Positions 62,801 through 64,000 of a stretch of 64,000 bases of DNA are shown here, piece after piece (positions within the stretch are counted from its first letter, which is position 1; every line of letters begins with the position of its first letter). The stretch is from Hemiscyllium ocellatum (Eukaryota), in assembly GCF_020745735.1 (NCBI RefSeq), contig NC_083425.1, forward strand, positions 48,037,575-48,101,574, given 5' to 3'. The notes beneath the pieces are model-generated. The model searched no databases. It was not told the DNA's origin and was given only the letters and a program-made list of their open reading frames with translations. A program made the position numbers and the translations under genes.

Positions 62801-64000
62801 AAAGATCACACAGCTACAAAAGTCAGATCACACAGCCACAACCCACAGGTCACACAGATACAACACACAGTTCAAACAGGTACAACCCAAGGTTGCGCAG
62901 ATAAATCCCACAGGTCACACAGACACAACCCACAAGTCACACAGACACAATCCACAAGTCACACAGACACAACCCACAGATCAAACAGGTCCAACCCACA
63001 CATCACACAGAATCAACCCACAAATCACAAATCTACATCCTAAAGCTCACCTAGATACAAGGCAGAGATCATATGGATACAACTCACAGATCACAAAGCT
63101 ACAACCTATAAGACACACAGAAACAATGCACAGACCACATGGACACAACCCACAGGTCACACAGCTACAATCTATTGGTCTCAAGGCACAGTCTCAGAGC
63201 AACAGCACAAAGATCACACAGCTGCAAAAGACAGATCACACAGCTACAACCCACAGATAACACAGATACAACACACAGGTCATACAGCTACAGTACACAG
63301 GTCACACATGTACAACCCACAGGTCACACAGATACAACCCACAGATCACCCAGATACAACCCACAGGTCACACAGATACAACCGACAGGTCAAACAGGTA
63401 TAACCCACAGGTCACACAGATACAACCCACAGGTCACACAGATACAACCCACAGATCACCCAGATACAACCCACAGGTCACACAGATACAACCCACAGGT
63501 CACACAGACGCAACCCACACATCACACAGATACAATCCACAGATCAAACAGGTCCAACCCACAAGTCACACAGACACAATTCACAAGTCACATAGACACA
63601 ACCCACAGGTCATACAGGTACAACCCACAAATCACAAATCTACATCCTAAAGCTCACCTAGATACAAGGCAGAGATCATATGGATACAACTCACAGATCA
63701 CAAAGCTACAACCTATAAGACACACAGAAACAATGCACAGACCACATGGACACAACCCACAGGTCACACAGCTACAATCTATTGGTCTCATAGTGACAAG
63801 GCACAGTCTCAGAGCTACCGCACAAAGATCACACAGCTACAAAAGACAGATCACACAGCTACAACCCACAGGTCAGACAGCTACAACCCACAGTTCAAAC
63901 AAGTACAACCCAAGGTTGCACAGACACATCACACAGGTCACACAGACACAACCCATAGACCATACAGCTACAATGCACAGATCAAACAGGTACAACCTAA
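53888..64000 (+). repeat. 22-bp satellite (ACAACCCACAGGTCACACAGAT)n, >10 kb, continues past the window end
   Basis: Unit is visible directly; ORFs show a 22-aa (3 x 22 bp) periodicity HRSHRYNPQVTQIQPTGHTDTT. Confidence 0.97.
55929..56920 (+). mobile_element. CR1/HER1 LINE 3' fragment inserted in the satellite
   Basis: SKFADDTK; ORF 56217-56783 is the CR1 C-terminus; tail ctatgactctgtgactctat. Confidence 0.94.

Overview
Repeat-dense eukaryotic DNA, almost certainly from a cartilaginous fish (shark). It carries many HE1-type V-SINEs and CR1/HER1-type LINE fragments, and I could not recognise any host protein-coding exon, so it reads as intergenic or large-intron sequence. Main contents: (1) a full-length but inactivated 5.85-kb L1-clade LINE (11560-17412) with a 13-bp target-site duplication (TSD); (2) Penelope-like element (PLE) remnants with RT and GIY-YIG coding sequence, plus many short, often fold-back, termini. 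These termini belong to at least three sequence families and carry minimal hammerhead-ribozyme (HHR) cores (CUGANGA...GAAA-palindrome-UH); several cores are intact and most have decayed at CpG sites; (3) about 15 HE1 SINEs, several Deu-domain SINEs and about 10 CR1 fragments; (4) a solo LTR containing a TA-flanked MITE; (5) tandem arrays with 69-bp, 23-bp, C-rich and hexamer units, and a >10-kb 22-bp satellite with a 2011-bp higher-order duplication running off the window end. The most interesting signal is the dense, multi-family set of hammerhead-bearing PLE termini. Family names come from my recall of known consensus features, not from a database search.
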